Assembly: GCA_033850605.1 (NCBI GenBank)
Contig: JAWWPL010000246.1
Location: 1 to 46,525, forward strand
DNA from: Blastocatellia bacterium
GTDB taxonomy: Bacteria; Acidobacteriota; Blastocatellia; Pyrinomonadales; Pyrinomonadaceae
Direction of reading: 5' to 3'
DNA: 46,525 nucleotides
Under the pieces are notes generated by a model, which made no database searches, was not told the DNA's origin, and saw only the letters and a list, made by a program, of their open reading frames with translations. How positions within the stretch are numbered: the stretch's first letter is position 1; the number at the start of each line of letters is the position of its first letter. A program made the position numbers and the translations under genes. This document shows, in pieces, positions 26,502 through 35,648 of the stretch.

Positions 26502-27422
26502 ATGAACTCGCTAAGCGTACAGGATATTTTCAGAGTCACCAGGGAGGCGCGAGGGCGCATCTCGGGCGATGGAGTTGAGTTGGCATTTGGTTATTGGCCA
26601 GGACGCGGCCGGCCGGTAATAGCGATTCACGGATTAACGGCTACCTATATCAGCTATATCGGCGTGGCGGAGCGATTGGCCGGCAGGCGGCCGCTGTTTG
26701 CGCTCGATTTACGCGGGCGAGGTGACTCCGATAAACCTGAAGGGCCGTATGGAATGGCGCAGCACGCCCGCGATGTGGGCGCGGCAATGCAAACACTTGG
26801 CTATGGCCCGTGTGTGATCGTTGGCCACTCGATGGGAGCTTTCGTGGCGACCGCGCTGGCGGCGCAAAACCCGGAACTCGTCGGCGGCATAATCATGATC
26901 GACGGAGGCTATGTTCCTGATTTGCCGGTGGGAGTTGACTCGTCACAAATGCTCGATGCAACGCTGGCGCTGCGAATCGCGCAGCTTACTCGAACTTACG
27001 ATTCGAGAGAGGCGTTCCTGGAGTTCTGGCGCAGTCAACCAAATTTTCCGCCCGCGGATTGGAATTCCTGGACCGAAGCATTTTTGAATAACGAAGTTGC
27101 CGGCGAAACCACGGTGCAGCCCAAAGCTTCCGCCGATGCAGTACGGATTGACGTCGCAGAAGCGTTCAAGCGAGATGAGATTATCGAGCGATTGAAATCC
27201 TTACGAGTTCCCGTGCTGCTCTTGCGCGCCGAAAGAGGCTTGGAGCCGAAGCAGCCGCCGATTTATCCGGATTCGATGATGCCATTGTTTCGGGAATGCG
27301 TTCCCGAAATGAAAGCGGAAATGATTTCCGGCACGACGCATTTCACCATCACGCTCGGAGCACGCGGTGCTTCCAGAGTCGCCGATTTGATCGTCGAATT
27401 TGCTGAGACTTGCGAGAAGTAA
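26502..27422 (+). CDS. alpha/beta-fold hydrolase
   Basis: VIAIHGLTA, DLRGRGDSDKP and the nucleophile elbow GHSMGA. Its TAA stop overlaps the next ATG (TAATG, 27420-27424). Confidence 0.85.
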   Translation: MNSLSVQDIFRVTREARGRISGDGVELAFGYWPGRGRPVIAIHGLTATYISYIGVAERLAGRRPLFALDLRGRGDSDKPEGPYGMAQHARDVGAAMQTLGYGPCVIVGHSMGAFVATALAAQNPELVGGIIMIDGGYVPDLPVGVDSSQMLDATLALRIAQLTRTYDSREAFLEFWRSQPNFPPADWNSWTEAFLNNEVAGETTVQPKASADAVRIDVAEAFKRDEIIERLKSLRVPVLLLRAERGLEPKQPPIYPDSMMPLFRECVPEMKAEMISGTTHFTITLGARGASRVADLIVEFAETCEK

Positions 27423-28429
27423 TGAATTTCAAACGGATCATCATTTCAGTGATCGCGCTCACGTTTGTAACTACGACGGCCTACGGCGGCAGTTGGGTTA
27501 GCGGCACGGTCAAGAATTCTTCCGGCGCGCTTGATTATAAATTGTGGGTGGCATCTGCGTACCGCAAGGAAAAGGCAGCGTCGCTGGTAGTGCTGCTGCA
27601 CGGCTGTACTCAGAAGGCCGAAGACCTGGCCGGCCTGTCCGGGATGAATGATCTCGCCGACAAGGATAATTTTCTGGTCGTTTACCCCGAACAAAGCGCT
27701 ACGGCCAATCCGCTAAGATGTTGGAACTGGTTTGACCCAAAGAATCAATCGCGCGATACCGGTGAGCCTTCGCTCATTGCAGCCATCGTTCAGGATATTC
27801 GTTCCAAATACAGTATTGAGAGCAAAGACGTTTATGTGGCCGGGATATCGGCCGGCGGCGCGATGGCTGTGGTTATGGTCGCGGCCTATCCCGAAGCTTT
27901 CGCAGGACTCGGCGTTATTGCCGGAGCTGAGTACAAAGCCGCCACCAGCGTGCAGGCTGGGCTGGCTGCGATGAAGCAAGGTGGTCCCGATCCGAATCAG
28001 CAGGGCCTGCTTGCGTTTCGGGCAATCCAGAAAAGTTTGGGTGAATCGAAAAGGCGAATTCCCGTGATCGCCTTCCAGGGAATGAAAGATCCGTATGTGA
28101 GCCCGCTCAATACGGACCAGCTGATAGCTCAATGGGCGCAGACAAACGATTACCTTGACGATGGCAAGGACAATGATAGCGTCTCAATCCAATCGCCCAA
28201 AGAAACAAAAGGCTCGGTTCCGAACGGCTACAGCTTTACCAAATATAGTTTTTACGACGGCACGAAACGGTTGTTGATGGAAAAGTGGTTAGTCGAGGAA
28301 CTCGGTCATGCCTGGCCCGGGAGCCTGATTACGAATCAGTTTGCCGATCCAAAAGGACCGAACGCCACCGCAGAGATGTGGCGATTCTTCCGGGAAACGA
28401 GTGCGAAGACAATAGGAGGGAGCAAGTGA
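27422..28429 (+). CDS. secreted PHB-depolymerase-family esterase (Esterase_phd / LpqC-like)
   Basis: Signal peptide MNFKRIIISVIALTFVTTTAYG. Family motifs LVVLLHGCTQ, FLVVYPEQS, CWNWF, GEPSLIA and VYVAGISAGGAM (Ser elbow). Start moved to ATG 27422. Confidence 0.8.
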   Translation: MNFKRIIISVIALTFVTTTAYGGSWVSGTVKNSSGALDYKLWVASAYRKEKAASLVVLLHGCTQKAEDLAGLSGMNDLADKDNFLVVYPEQSATANPLRCWNWFDPKNQSRDTGEPSLIAAIVQDIRSKYSIESKDVYVAGISAGGAMAVVMVAAYPEAFAGLGVIAGAEYKAATSVQAGLAAMKQGGPDPNQQGLLAFRAIQKSLGESKRRIPVIAFQGMKDPYVSPLNTDQLIAQWAQTNDYLDDGKDNDSVSIQSPKETKGSVPNGYSFTKYSFYDGTKRLLMEKWLVEELGHAWPGSLITNQFADPKGPNATAEMWRFFRETSAKTIGGSK

Positions 28430-29958
28430 ACGTCGGTTCTCTCCTCGCCAGACACGCGCAGTATCGTCCGCAGCACACGGCGGTTGTGTTCGATGATCGT
28501 CGGCTGAGTTTTCTGGAATTTAACCAGCGGGTCAATCGACTTGCCAATGCACTGCTCAATCTGGGCGTGAGTAAAGGGGATAAGGTCGCGACGATCTTAC
28601 CGAATTGTTTGGAGTTACTTGAGAGCTACTGGGCGATAGTAAAGATTGGCGCCGTGATTGTGCCGCTCAGCCAATTGCTGCGCGGCCAGGGACTGCTGAA
28701 CCTGCTGCGGGATTCCGATACTTCGACGGTAATCACAAGCTCCTGCATCGCTGGTGAGTTGAATTCCATCAAGTCAGAACTCGAGAAGATTTCAGCAGAT
28801 CGGTACATCTCAATCGATGATGCCGAAGGTTTTCAAACCTACGGTACGTTGCTTGAAGCAGCCGGAGACGAAGAGCCGCCAAAGATAGAAATTGGCGACG
28901 ACGATCCATTCAACATTATTTACAGCAGCGGCACGACCGGGCTTCCCAAAGGCATCGTGCACACGCACTACATTCGGGCTATGTATTGCACGATGTTCGC
29001 TTCTTCATTTCGCATGCGTCCGGAAAGTGTCGTGATTCATGCCGGCTCGATCGTCTTTAACGGCGCGTTTGTCATGCTGATGCCGGCGTTGTTTCTGGGC
29101 GCCAGTTACGTGCTGCTCAAACATTTCGATCCCGAAACTTTCATAGCCACGATCGAGCGGGAACGCGCGACGCACGTGATGATGGTGCCGTCGCAAATCA
29201 TCGCGCTGCTGAATTCGCCGGCTTTCCGGCCTGAACGCTTGCGCTCAATGGAAGCCATTTGCTCAGTCGGCGCGCCGCTTCATCGTGAGCACAAAGATAA
29301 GTTGACCCGGATGCTGCCGGGCCGCTTTTACGAACTGTACGGTTTGACGGAAGGATTCATCACGATACTCGACAAAAACGATTATGCGGCCAAGCCCGAT
29401 TCGGTGGGCGTGCCCATCGCTTTTTCGGAAATGCGAATCATCAATGGCGAAGGACGCGATGCGGTTGCCGGCGAGGTCGGTGAGATTGTCGGATGCAGTC
29501 CGGCGCTGATGCCGGGTTATTACAAGCAGCCTGAACTGACGGCGGAGGCCGTTGTCGATGGTTGGCTGCACACGGGCGACCTTGGCTACATCGATAGGGA
29601 CGGTTTTCTTTACCTCGTCGACCGCAAGAAAGATCTGATCATCTCCGGCGGCATAAACGTCTTTCCCAAAGATATCGAAGAGATCATCGTGCAGCATCCC
29701 TCGGTGCGCGAAGTGGCGGTCTTTGGGATTCCCAGCGAAAAGTGGGGCGAGACTCCGGTTGCCGCTGTCATCCTTCACGTATCAGGAGAAATCGGCGAAG
29801 GAGCATTGTGCGAATGGATCAACGATCGTGTGGACGGGAAACATCAGCGCGTTTCCGCGGTCGTGTTGATGGAGGATTTTCCGCGCAGCGCTGCGGGCAA
29901 GACGCTCAAACGCGAGATGCGTGAGCCTTACTGGGCAGGCCGCGCGGCGCGCATTTAA
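28426..29958 (+). CDS. AMP-dependent acyl-CoA synthetase (medium/long-chain type)
   Basis: IIYSSGTTGLPKGIVHTH, YGLTEG, TGDLGYIDRDGFLYLVDRKKDLI and AAGKTLKRE. GTG 28426 follows AGGAGGGA and overlaps the esterase stop (GTGA). The track start 28285 lies inside the esterase gene. Confidence 0.88.
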   Translation: MNVGSLLARHAQYRPQHTAVVFDDRRLSFLEFNQRVNRLANALLNLGVSKGDKVATILPNCLELLESYWAIVKIGAVIVPLSQLLRGQGLLNLLRDSDTSTVITSSCIAGELNSIKSELEKISADRYISIDDAEGFQTYGTLLEAAGDEEPPKIEIGDDDPFNIIYSSGTTGLPKGIVHTHYIRAMYCTMFASSFRMRPESVVIHAGSIVFNGAFVMLMPALFLGASYVLLKHFDPETFIATIERERATHVMMVPSQIIALLNSPAFRPERLRSMEAICSVGAPLHREHKDKLTRMLPGRFYELYGLTEGFITILDKNDYAAKPDSVGVPIAFSEMRIINGEGRDAVAGEVGEIVGCSPALMPGYYKQPELTAEAVVDGWLHTGDLGYIDRDGFLYLVDRKKDLIISGGINVFPKDIEEIIVQHPSVREVAVFGIPSEKWGETPVAAVILHVSGEIGEGALCEWINDRVDGKHQRVSAVVLMEDFPRSAAGKTLKREMREPYWAGRAARI

Positions 29959-30017
29959 CTGAAGTGAAAAGCTCGAAGGCCAGGCTGGCCTAGGGCCGGC
30001 GAGGTGAATACCAGCCC

Positions 30018-30236
30018 ATGATCAGTGCAACGGTCGAAATTGAAGGTAAGAGAATCAAGATCGGAGTCAATGAAGATTTAATCGCAGCGGCGGAGCATAC
30101 GATTTCGCTCGCTTTAGAACACCGGAAGAAGGCGCCGGTGCGGTTTACCTGCTTTGCCTGCCTGAGTCGAATTACATCAGCGGCGAGACTCTGGCATGCA
30201 GTGGCGGTTCATGATGAAAAGCAGTTCTCTCAATAA
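30018..30236 (+). CDS. hypothetical small protein (72 aa), unsupported by homology
   Basis: This is the only open frame in the 290-nt gap before the TonB-dependent receptor. It has no recognisable motif and no clear RBS. Confidence 0.2.
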   Translation: MISATVEIEGKRIKIGVNEDLIAAAEHTISLALEHRKKAPVRFTCFACLSRITSAARLWHAVAVHDEKQFSQ

Positions 30237-30251
30237 CGGAGGTTCAAACCA

Positions 30252-33200
30252 ATGACTTGGAATAGAAGATTAGTGAGTGTCTTTGCGATCACTTTGATTG
30301 CCGGTTTAGCGAGCGTAGCAGGGGCGCAAGTGACAACCGGAACAATCAGCGGCACGGCGACCGACCCCAACGGCGCGGTCGTAGCGGGCGCAAACGTGAA
30401 GGCAAACAACTTGGCCACGGATGCGACGCGAACGACAAGTTCCGATAGCGACGGACATTTTGTCTTTACTTTTCTAAGCCCCGGGCGCTATCGCGTTGAA
30501 GTTACCGCGCAAGGTTTTCAAACCTATCAGGCGGAGCTGGTAGTAAATATTACCCAGACGACCAGCGTTGACGCGCGACTCAACCTGGCGGGGACTAGTG
30601 CGACAGTCATGGTAGCGACCGAGGCGCCAGTCTTGCAGGCTGAGACCTCGCAAAGCGGCCAGGTGATCGAGAGCGGAACCATTCGCCAACTGCCGCTGTC
30701 GACCAGGAACTTTCAACAGCTCCTGGTGCTGCAGGCCGGCGCGCAATCTTCAGTTCCGAACAGCACGGATTTAGGCCGGGGCGACACCGCGTTCAGCGTC
30801 AACGGACAGCGCACGACCAGTAACAGCGTTAAGATCAACGGTGTCGACGCTAACTCGATCGGGACTAACTCAACTCCCAATCTGGCGGTGCCGAGCACCG
30901 AAAGCCTGCAGGAGTTCATCGTCCAGACTTCGCTTTACGACGCGTCCAATGGGCGCAATGCGGGCGGCAACGTCGAAGCTGTGACGCGTTCCGGCGGCAA
31001 TGATTTTCATGGAAATGTCTTTTACTTCCTGCGAAACAAGGCTCTCAACGCGAACGAGCCATTTATCAAAGCCCGCGGTCTGGAACGTCCGATTTTGACG
31101 CGCAACCAATTCGGCGGAACACTCGGAGGCAGGATTGTTCGCGACAAAGCGTTCTTCTTCGTTTCGTATCAAGGCACGCGCGAACGCAATGGTCTTTCGC
31201 TTTCCAACAGTCTAACTTTTCCATCGGTTCCGGCGGGCTTGCGCGATGACAACCGGACCGCGGCGGCGCTGGCGACAACCTTTGGACTGCCGGTGGCAAG
31301 TATCAGTCAGGTGGCGGTGAATATTCTGAACGCCAAGCTGCCCGACGGCCAGTTTGCAATCCCCTCGTCGGGAATAGCGGGAGCGAGTGGAGCAGCGGCG
31401 CGAATACCGACTTCCGTCGTGCAATCAGGGGTCTCTCGTTTTACGGAAAATCAATTCAATGCAAATCTCGATTTCAACTTTACCAATACACATTCGTTGT
31501 CGAGCAAATTGTTCTATGCCAAAAACCCGTCGGTTCAGGCTATCTATAATTTTGCCGGAACGGGAAATCGGCTCGAAGGTCAGCCAGTCAATCAACTAAT
31601 TGGTTTTGGCGGTAACATACCAATCACGCAAATTCTGTATTCGTTGACTGACAACTACGCCGTCAGCTCGAGGATCAGTAATCAGGCGCGGTTCGGCATC
31701 AACTCGATAGAAGCGACCAGCACGCCGCAAGAACCGTTCACTGCAGCGCAACTCGGCATCACTTCGCCGTTCGCCAGTCTCTATCCCGGAGCCCCAACAA
31801 TTCAGGTTGCGGGTGCGGATGCCTCTTTCTTCTTTGGCTCGTCACCGCTGGGCGATCAGCATTCCAAGATTGATGCATGGACCGCGCAGGACACCGTTTC
31901 AATTGTAGCGGGTAAACACCGCATCCGCGTCGGTGGAGAGTACCGTCACTCGGCCCTGGATTTTTATTTCAATGCGTTTACACGTGGACAGTTGATCTTC
32001 ACCAGCTTCAATAACCTCTTGATTGGCAACGGTGTCTCGATTCTGGGCTCGGGTGTTTTTGATCGTCATTACACCGTGAAAGATCTCGCCGCGTTTGTTC
32101 AGGACGATTACAAAGTCAACAACCGTCTGACGCTGAACCTCGGTTTGCGGTACGACTATTTTGGACTACCTGTTGATTCAAGAGGGCGGCTGGTGAATTT
32201 CCTGCCCGATCAATTTCGCGTGGGCGCGCCTCCGAATGGAATCGTGCAAGCGTCAGGCGGGCAACTTCCGGGAGTTCCGACCGTAGATAAGACGCTGGTT
32301 CCGACCGACAAGAACAACTTTGCGCCGCGTGTGGGTTTTGCTCTTCGGGCCGACAACGCAGGGAAGATCATCATCCGCGGCGGCTACGGGGTTTACTACG
32401 ACCGTTTCTCGACTCGGTTCATCAACACCCAACTCTTCAATTTTCCGTACCTGGCTTTAGGCGTGGGTTTGCCGGGCATCTTGCGAACGTTTGCTGATCC
32501 GTTCGTGCCGCTTCCGCTGCCTTCGACGTTCCCAACCGCAGCCACAATTCCGTCGGTGTTGTCACCGCTCGCTCCATTTGTCGGCGTGCCGGTCAGCGGA
32601 GTTTATGTTGACCCGAACTTGAGTACGCCTTACGTCCAGCAGTTCAACTTGGGCGTGCAATGGGAATTTGCCAAGAACACAGTTTTGGAAGTTGGCTACG
32701 TCGGAAACAAGGGGACCAAGCTGCTACAGCTAATCAACGTCAATCAACCGATCTACGCGCCGGCGACCAACAGCTTTGTGACGCGCCTCGCGGCGGGATC
32801 GATTTTGTCTACCAACAAGAATGTCACCGGTGGCGTGCATCAGGTGCAAACGTCGTCCAACTCGAGATACAACTCACTGCAGGCAACATTGACGCGCCGT
32901 TTTTCGCAGGGCCTGCAACTAACCGCCGCGTACACCTTCGGTCGTTCCTATGATTATTACAACGGGACTCCGGTTAATGAGTTGGCCAGTCTAGCGGGCG
33001 ACCAATATGACTGGAAAAGGAATTACGGCCGGTCGGACTTTAATCGCGAACACCGCCTGGTAATCAGCGGCGCTTACGACTTGCCGAAATCCAAGTCCGG
33101 TTCCGGCACGGCCCGCGCGCTTCTGAACAATTGGCAGATCGCCGGCATCGCAGTTTTCCAGTCGGGCCTGCCATTCTCGATCATCGATAATCCCGGCAAC

Positions 33201-33626
33201 GCGGTCTTCAGCCGGGCCAACTTCAATCCATCGTTCACGGGACAGGTTCAGTGCAGCGGCTCAGTCTCCAGTTGCCTGACTAGCTATTTCAACCAGGCCG
33301 CATTCGTAATTTCGCGTCCACGGCTCGATAACACCGGCGTCGGCGTAGTCAACAATCCGACATTCGATCCGGCCAATCCCTTTGGCAACACGCCGCGGAA
33401 CTTCCTGACTGGTCCGGGGCAAAAGAACGTCGACATTTCGCTGATCAAATTTATTCCGATCAACGAGCGGTTTCGCGGCGAGGCCCGAGTGGAATTGTTC
33501 AATGCCTTCAACTGGGTCAACTACGCCAATCCGGTTAACAACATCGCGATTGCGTCGTTCGGGAAAATTATTTCTGCGAGCACGGGACCGCGCGTAATTC
33601 AGTTTGCTTTCAAAGTGAACTTTTAG
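30252..33626 (+). CDS. TonB-dependent outer-membrane receptor with N-terminal carboxypeptidase-regulatory-like domain
   Basis: Signal MTWNRRLVSVFAITLIAGLASVAGAQ. GTISGTATDPNGAVVAGANV...DGHFVFTFLSPGRYRVEV is a CarbopepD_reg-type domain. The plug region FSVNGQRTTSNSVKINGVDAN follows, then a long beta-barrel ending in ...FAFKVNF (terminal Phe). GGAGG RBS is present. Confidence 0.9.
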   Translation: MTWNRRLVSVFAITLIAGLASVAGAQVTTGTISGTATDPNGAVVAGANVKANNLATDATRTTSSDSDGHFVFTFLSPGRYRVEVTAQGFQTYQAELVVNITQTTSVDARLNLAGTSATVMVATEAPVLQAETSQSGQVIESGTIRQLPLSTRNFQQLLVLQAGAQSSVPNSTDLGRGDTAFSVNGQRTTSNSVKINGVDANSIGTNSTPNLAVPSTESLQEFIVQTSLYDASNGRNAGGNVEAVTRSGGNDFHGNVFYFLRNKALNANEPFIKARGLERPILTRNQFGGTLGGRIVRDKAFFFVSYQGTRERNGLSLSNSLTFPSVPAGLRDDNRTAAALATTFGLPVASISQVAVNILNAKLPDGQFAIPSSGIAGASGAAARIPTSVVQSGVSRFTENQFNANLDFNFTNTHSLSSKLFYAKNPSVQAIYNFAGTGNRLEGQPVNQLIGFGGNIPITQILYSLTDNYAVSSRISNQARFGINSIEATSTPQEPFTAAQLGITSPFASLYPGAPTIQVAGADASFFFGSSPLGDQHSKIDAWTAQDTVSIVAGKHRIRVGGEYRHSALDFYFNAFTRGQLIFTSFNNLLIGNGVSILGSGVFDRHYTVKDLAAFVQDDYKVNNRLTLNLGLRYDYFGLPVDSRGRLVNFLPDQFRVGAPPNGIVQASGGQLPGVPTVDKTLVPTDKNNFAPRVGFALRADNAGKIIIRGGYGVYYDRFSTRFINTQLFNFPYLALGVGLPGILRTFADPFVPLPLPSTFPTAATIPSVLSPLAPFVGVPVSGVYVDPNLSTPYVQQFNLGVQWEFAKNTVLEVGYVGNKGTKLLQLINVNQPIYAPATNSFVTRLAAGSILSTNKNVTGGVHQVQTSSNSRYNSLQATLTRRFSQGLQLTAAYTFGRSYDYYNGTPVNELASLAGDQYDWKRNYGRSDFNREHRLVISGAYDLPKSKSGSGTARALLNNWQIAGIAVFQSGLPFSIIDNPGNAVFSRANFNPSFTGQVQCSGSVSSCLTSYFNQAAFVISRPRLDNTGVGVVNNPTFDPANPFGNTPRNFLTGPGQKNVDISLIKFIPINERFRGEARVELFNAFNWVNYANPVNNIAIASFGKIISASTGPRVIQFAFKVNF

Positions 33627-33638
33627 GAACGAAGTAAG

Positions 33639-33711
33639 CCAGAGAGGCACGGCGTAGGAACATTCGAAGTTAGTGCGGGTGGTCCTTGGTTCCTTCGCTG
33701 TGCCTCTCCGG
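33639..33711 (+). terminator. long imperfect hairpin after the receptor gene (possible terminator/processing site, no T-tract)
   Basis: ccagagaggcacggcgtaggaac (33639-33661) pairs with ggttccttcgctgtgcctctccgg (33688-33711) with a few mismatches. It ends 5 nt before the next ATG. Confidence 0.35.
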
Positions 33712-33716
33712 CGTCT

Positions 33717-34547
33717 ATGTCATACTTTCAAGGTCATACTTTCAAGCAAATGCCACAACTGACTCTTGGTGACGTCGATCTCCACTACGAAGTTCACGGA
33801 CAGGGTGAGCCGCTGGTGCTCATTGCCGGCTTTGCCGCGGGTGCCTGGACCTGGTTCAAACAAGTCGCGGCGTTTGCCGAGCATTTTCGGGTAATAACTT
33901 TCGATCCTCGCGGCATCGGTAAGTCAGATTATTCCGCGCGTCCATCGGATATGCGCCTGATGGCCGATGACGTGGCGGGTTTGCTGCGGGGCTTGGCGAT
34001 TGAAAGCGCACACATCCTGGGGGCGTCGTTTGGAGGATTTGTGGCGCAGGAGTTCGCCCTCGCCTATCCCGAGATGACGCGCAATTTGGTTTTGTGTTGC
34101 ACGAGCTTTGGCGGTCCGAATCATGTGGCGCCCGCAACCGAGACGCTGACGGCCCTGATCTCGGGTGACGGATTCAATACCGAAGATCGCGTCAGGCGCA
34201 ATCTGATGCCGGCTTTCTCGCCTGACTTTGCGTGTGACCATTCAACAGAGGTTGAGCAGACCGTAAAGTTGCGAATGGCGAACCCGGTTTCTGAGGAAAC
34301 CTATCGGGCCCAGTTGATGGCCGCATTAGGATTCAATGCTGAGCCGAGATTGCCGGCGATCAAATCTCCGACTCTTATCGTCAGCGGAGGCGCTGACGCG
34401 ATCGTTCCGGCGCAAAACTCCCAAAATCTCGCGGCAAAGATCCCGGGCTCGCAACTGCTGATCGTTGAGGGTGGCAGTCATCTATTTTTTATTGAGCGGC
34501 CCGAAGATTTCAATCGAATCATAATCGAGTTTCTTAAGCAGAGCTGA
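33717..34547 (+). CDS. alpha/beta-fold hydrolase (PcaD/BioH-like subfamily)
   Basis: HYEVHGQGEPLVLIAGF, FDPRGIGKSD, the nucleophile elbow GASFGG, and the C-terminal GGSHLFFIERPEDF (His). Confidence 0.85.
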   Translation: MSYFQGHTFKQMPQLTLGDVDLHYEVHGQGEPLVLIAGFAAGAWTWFKQVAAFAEHFRVITFDPRGIGKSDYSARPSDMRLMADDVAGLLRGLAIESAHILGASFGGFVAQEFALAYPEMTRNLVLCCTSFGGPNHVAPATETLTALISGDGFNTEDRVRRNLMPAFSPDFACDHSTEVEQTVKLRMANPVSEETYRAQLMAALGFNAEPRLPAIKSPTLIVSGGADAIVPAQNSQNLAAKIPGSQLLIVEGGSHLFFIERPEDFNRIIIEFLKQS

Positions 34548-34549
34548 TA

Positions 34550-35539
34550 ATGACCTACGCGCGCATCATCGGCACAGGCTCCTACGTTCCTGAAAAAGTG
34601 CTGACCAACGATGATCTGAGCCGCATGCTGGGCGAAGACATTGACGAGTTCGTTTCTCAAGTCATCGGAATTAGCGAGCGTCACGTCTGCGCCGACAACG
34701 AAAGCACGGCTGACCTGGCCACCGCGGCCAGCAGGAAGGCTTTGCAGGCGGCGGACATGTCCCCGGAAGATCTGGATCTAATCGTTCTTGCGACCGACAC
34801 GCCTGAACACCTCTCGCCGGCAACCTCGGTGGTGGTCCAGCATCGCATCGGAGCGAAGAACGCGGGCACGTTTGATGTCAGTTGCGCCTGCGCGGGCTTT
34901 GTGACGGCGCTGGACGCGGCGTCGAAGTACATCATCGCCGATCCGGCATACAGAAATGTTCTTGTAATCGGCGCCTACGCGATGAGCAAGTACATCGATT
35001 GGAAGGACAAGAAAACTGCGACGATCTTTGCCGATGGCGCAGGCGCCGTCGTCTTGCAAGCGAGCGACGAAGGGCCGGGATTTCTTGCCTCAAAGCTGAT
35101 TGCCAATGGCAGTTTCTCAGATTACATGGGCATCTACGCCGGCGGCACACGGATGCCGATAACGGAAGAAGTGCTGCGCGAAGGCCGTTGGACCAAAGTG
35201 CGCTTTGCGCGGAAGTATCCGCCGGAAGTGAATATCGAAGGCTGGCCCAGGATTATTCATGAGGTGCTCAAGAAAAGCAGCCTTACCGTCGACGACGTGG
35301 CGCTCTTTCTCTTCACTCAGGTAAATTTGAGCACGATCAAAGAGGTCATGAAGATTCTCGAGGCGCCGATGGAGCGCACGCATACAATCATGCAGAAGTG
35401 GGGCTATACGGGATCTGCATGCATTCCGATGGTGCTCGATGACGCTGTCCGTGCAGGCAAATTGAAGCGCAGCGATAACGTGATTATGTGCGCTTCAGGC
35501 GGCGGTCTAAACATGGCGTGCGTTGCGTTTCGCTGGTAA
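34550..35539 (+). CDS. KAS III (FabH)-like thiolase-fold protein retaining the Cys but lacking the catalytic His and Asn
   Basis: It aligns without gaps to FabH: IIGTGSYVPEKVLTNDDL, FDVSCACAGF (active-site Cys), FADGAGAVVL. The FabH motif P-H-Q-A-N reads FTQVN here, and G-N-T-S-A-A reads GYTGSA. Confidence 0.85.
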   Translation: MTYARIIGTGSYVPEKVLTNDDLSRMLGEDIDEFVSQVIGISERHVCADNESTADLATAASRKALQAADMSPEDLDLIVLATDTPEHLSPATSVVVQHRIGAKNAGTFDVSCACAGFVTALDAASKYIIADPAYRNVLVIGAYAMSKYIDWKDKKTATIFADGAGAVVLQASDEGPGFLASKLIANGSFSDYMGIYAGGTRMPITEEVLREGRWTKVRFARKYPPEVNIEGWPRIIHEVLKKSSLTVDDVALFLFTQVNLSTIKEVMKILEAPMERTHTIMQKWGYTGSACIPMVLDDAVRAGKLKRSDNVIMCASGGGLNMACVAFRW

Positions 35540-35541
35540 GC

Positions 35542-35636
35542 GTCAGAACCGCCTTGTGGCGGGCGGTTGATCTTAGGTATCGCTCAGCTTTCGACTATCC
35601 AGGTTCAACCGTCCGCTACCGCGGGCGGTTCTGACC
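35542..35636. repeat. 'cagaaccgcc / ggcggttctgac' palindromic element
   Basis: gtcagaaccgcc (35542-35553) and ggcggttctgac (35625-35636) are exact reverse complements. A local hairpin cagaaccgcc..ggcggtt sits just after the KAS III-like stop. The right half (ccgctaccgcgggcggttctgac) resembles the 39411-39522 family. Confidence 0.6.
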
Positions 35637-35648
35637 GGACAATCCGAG

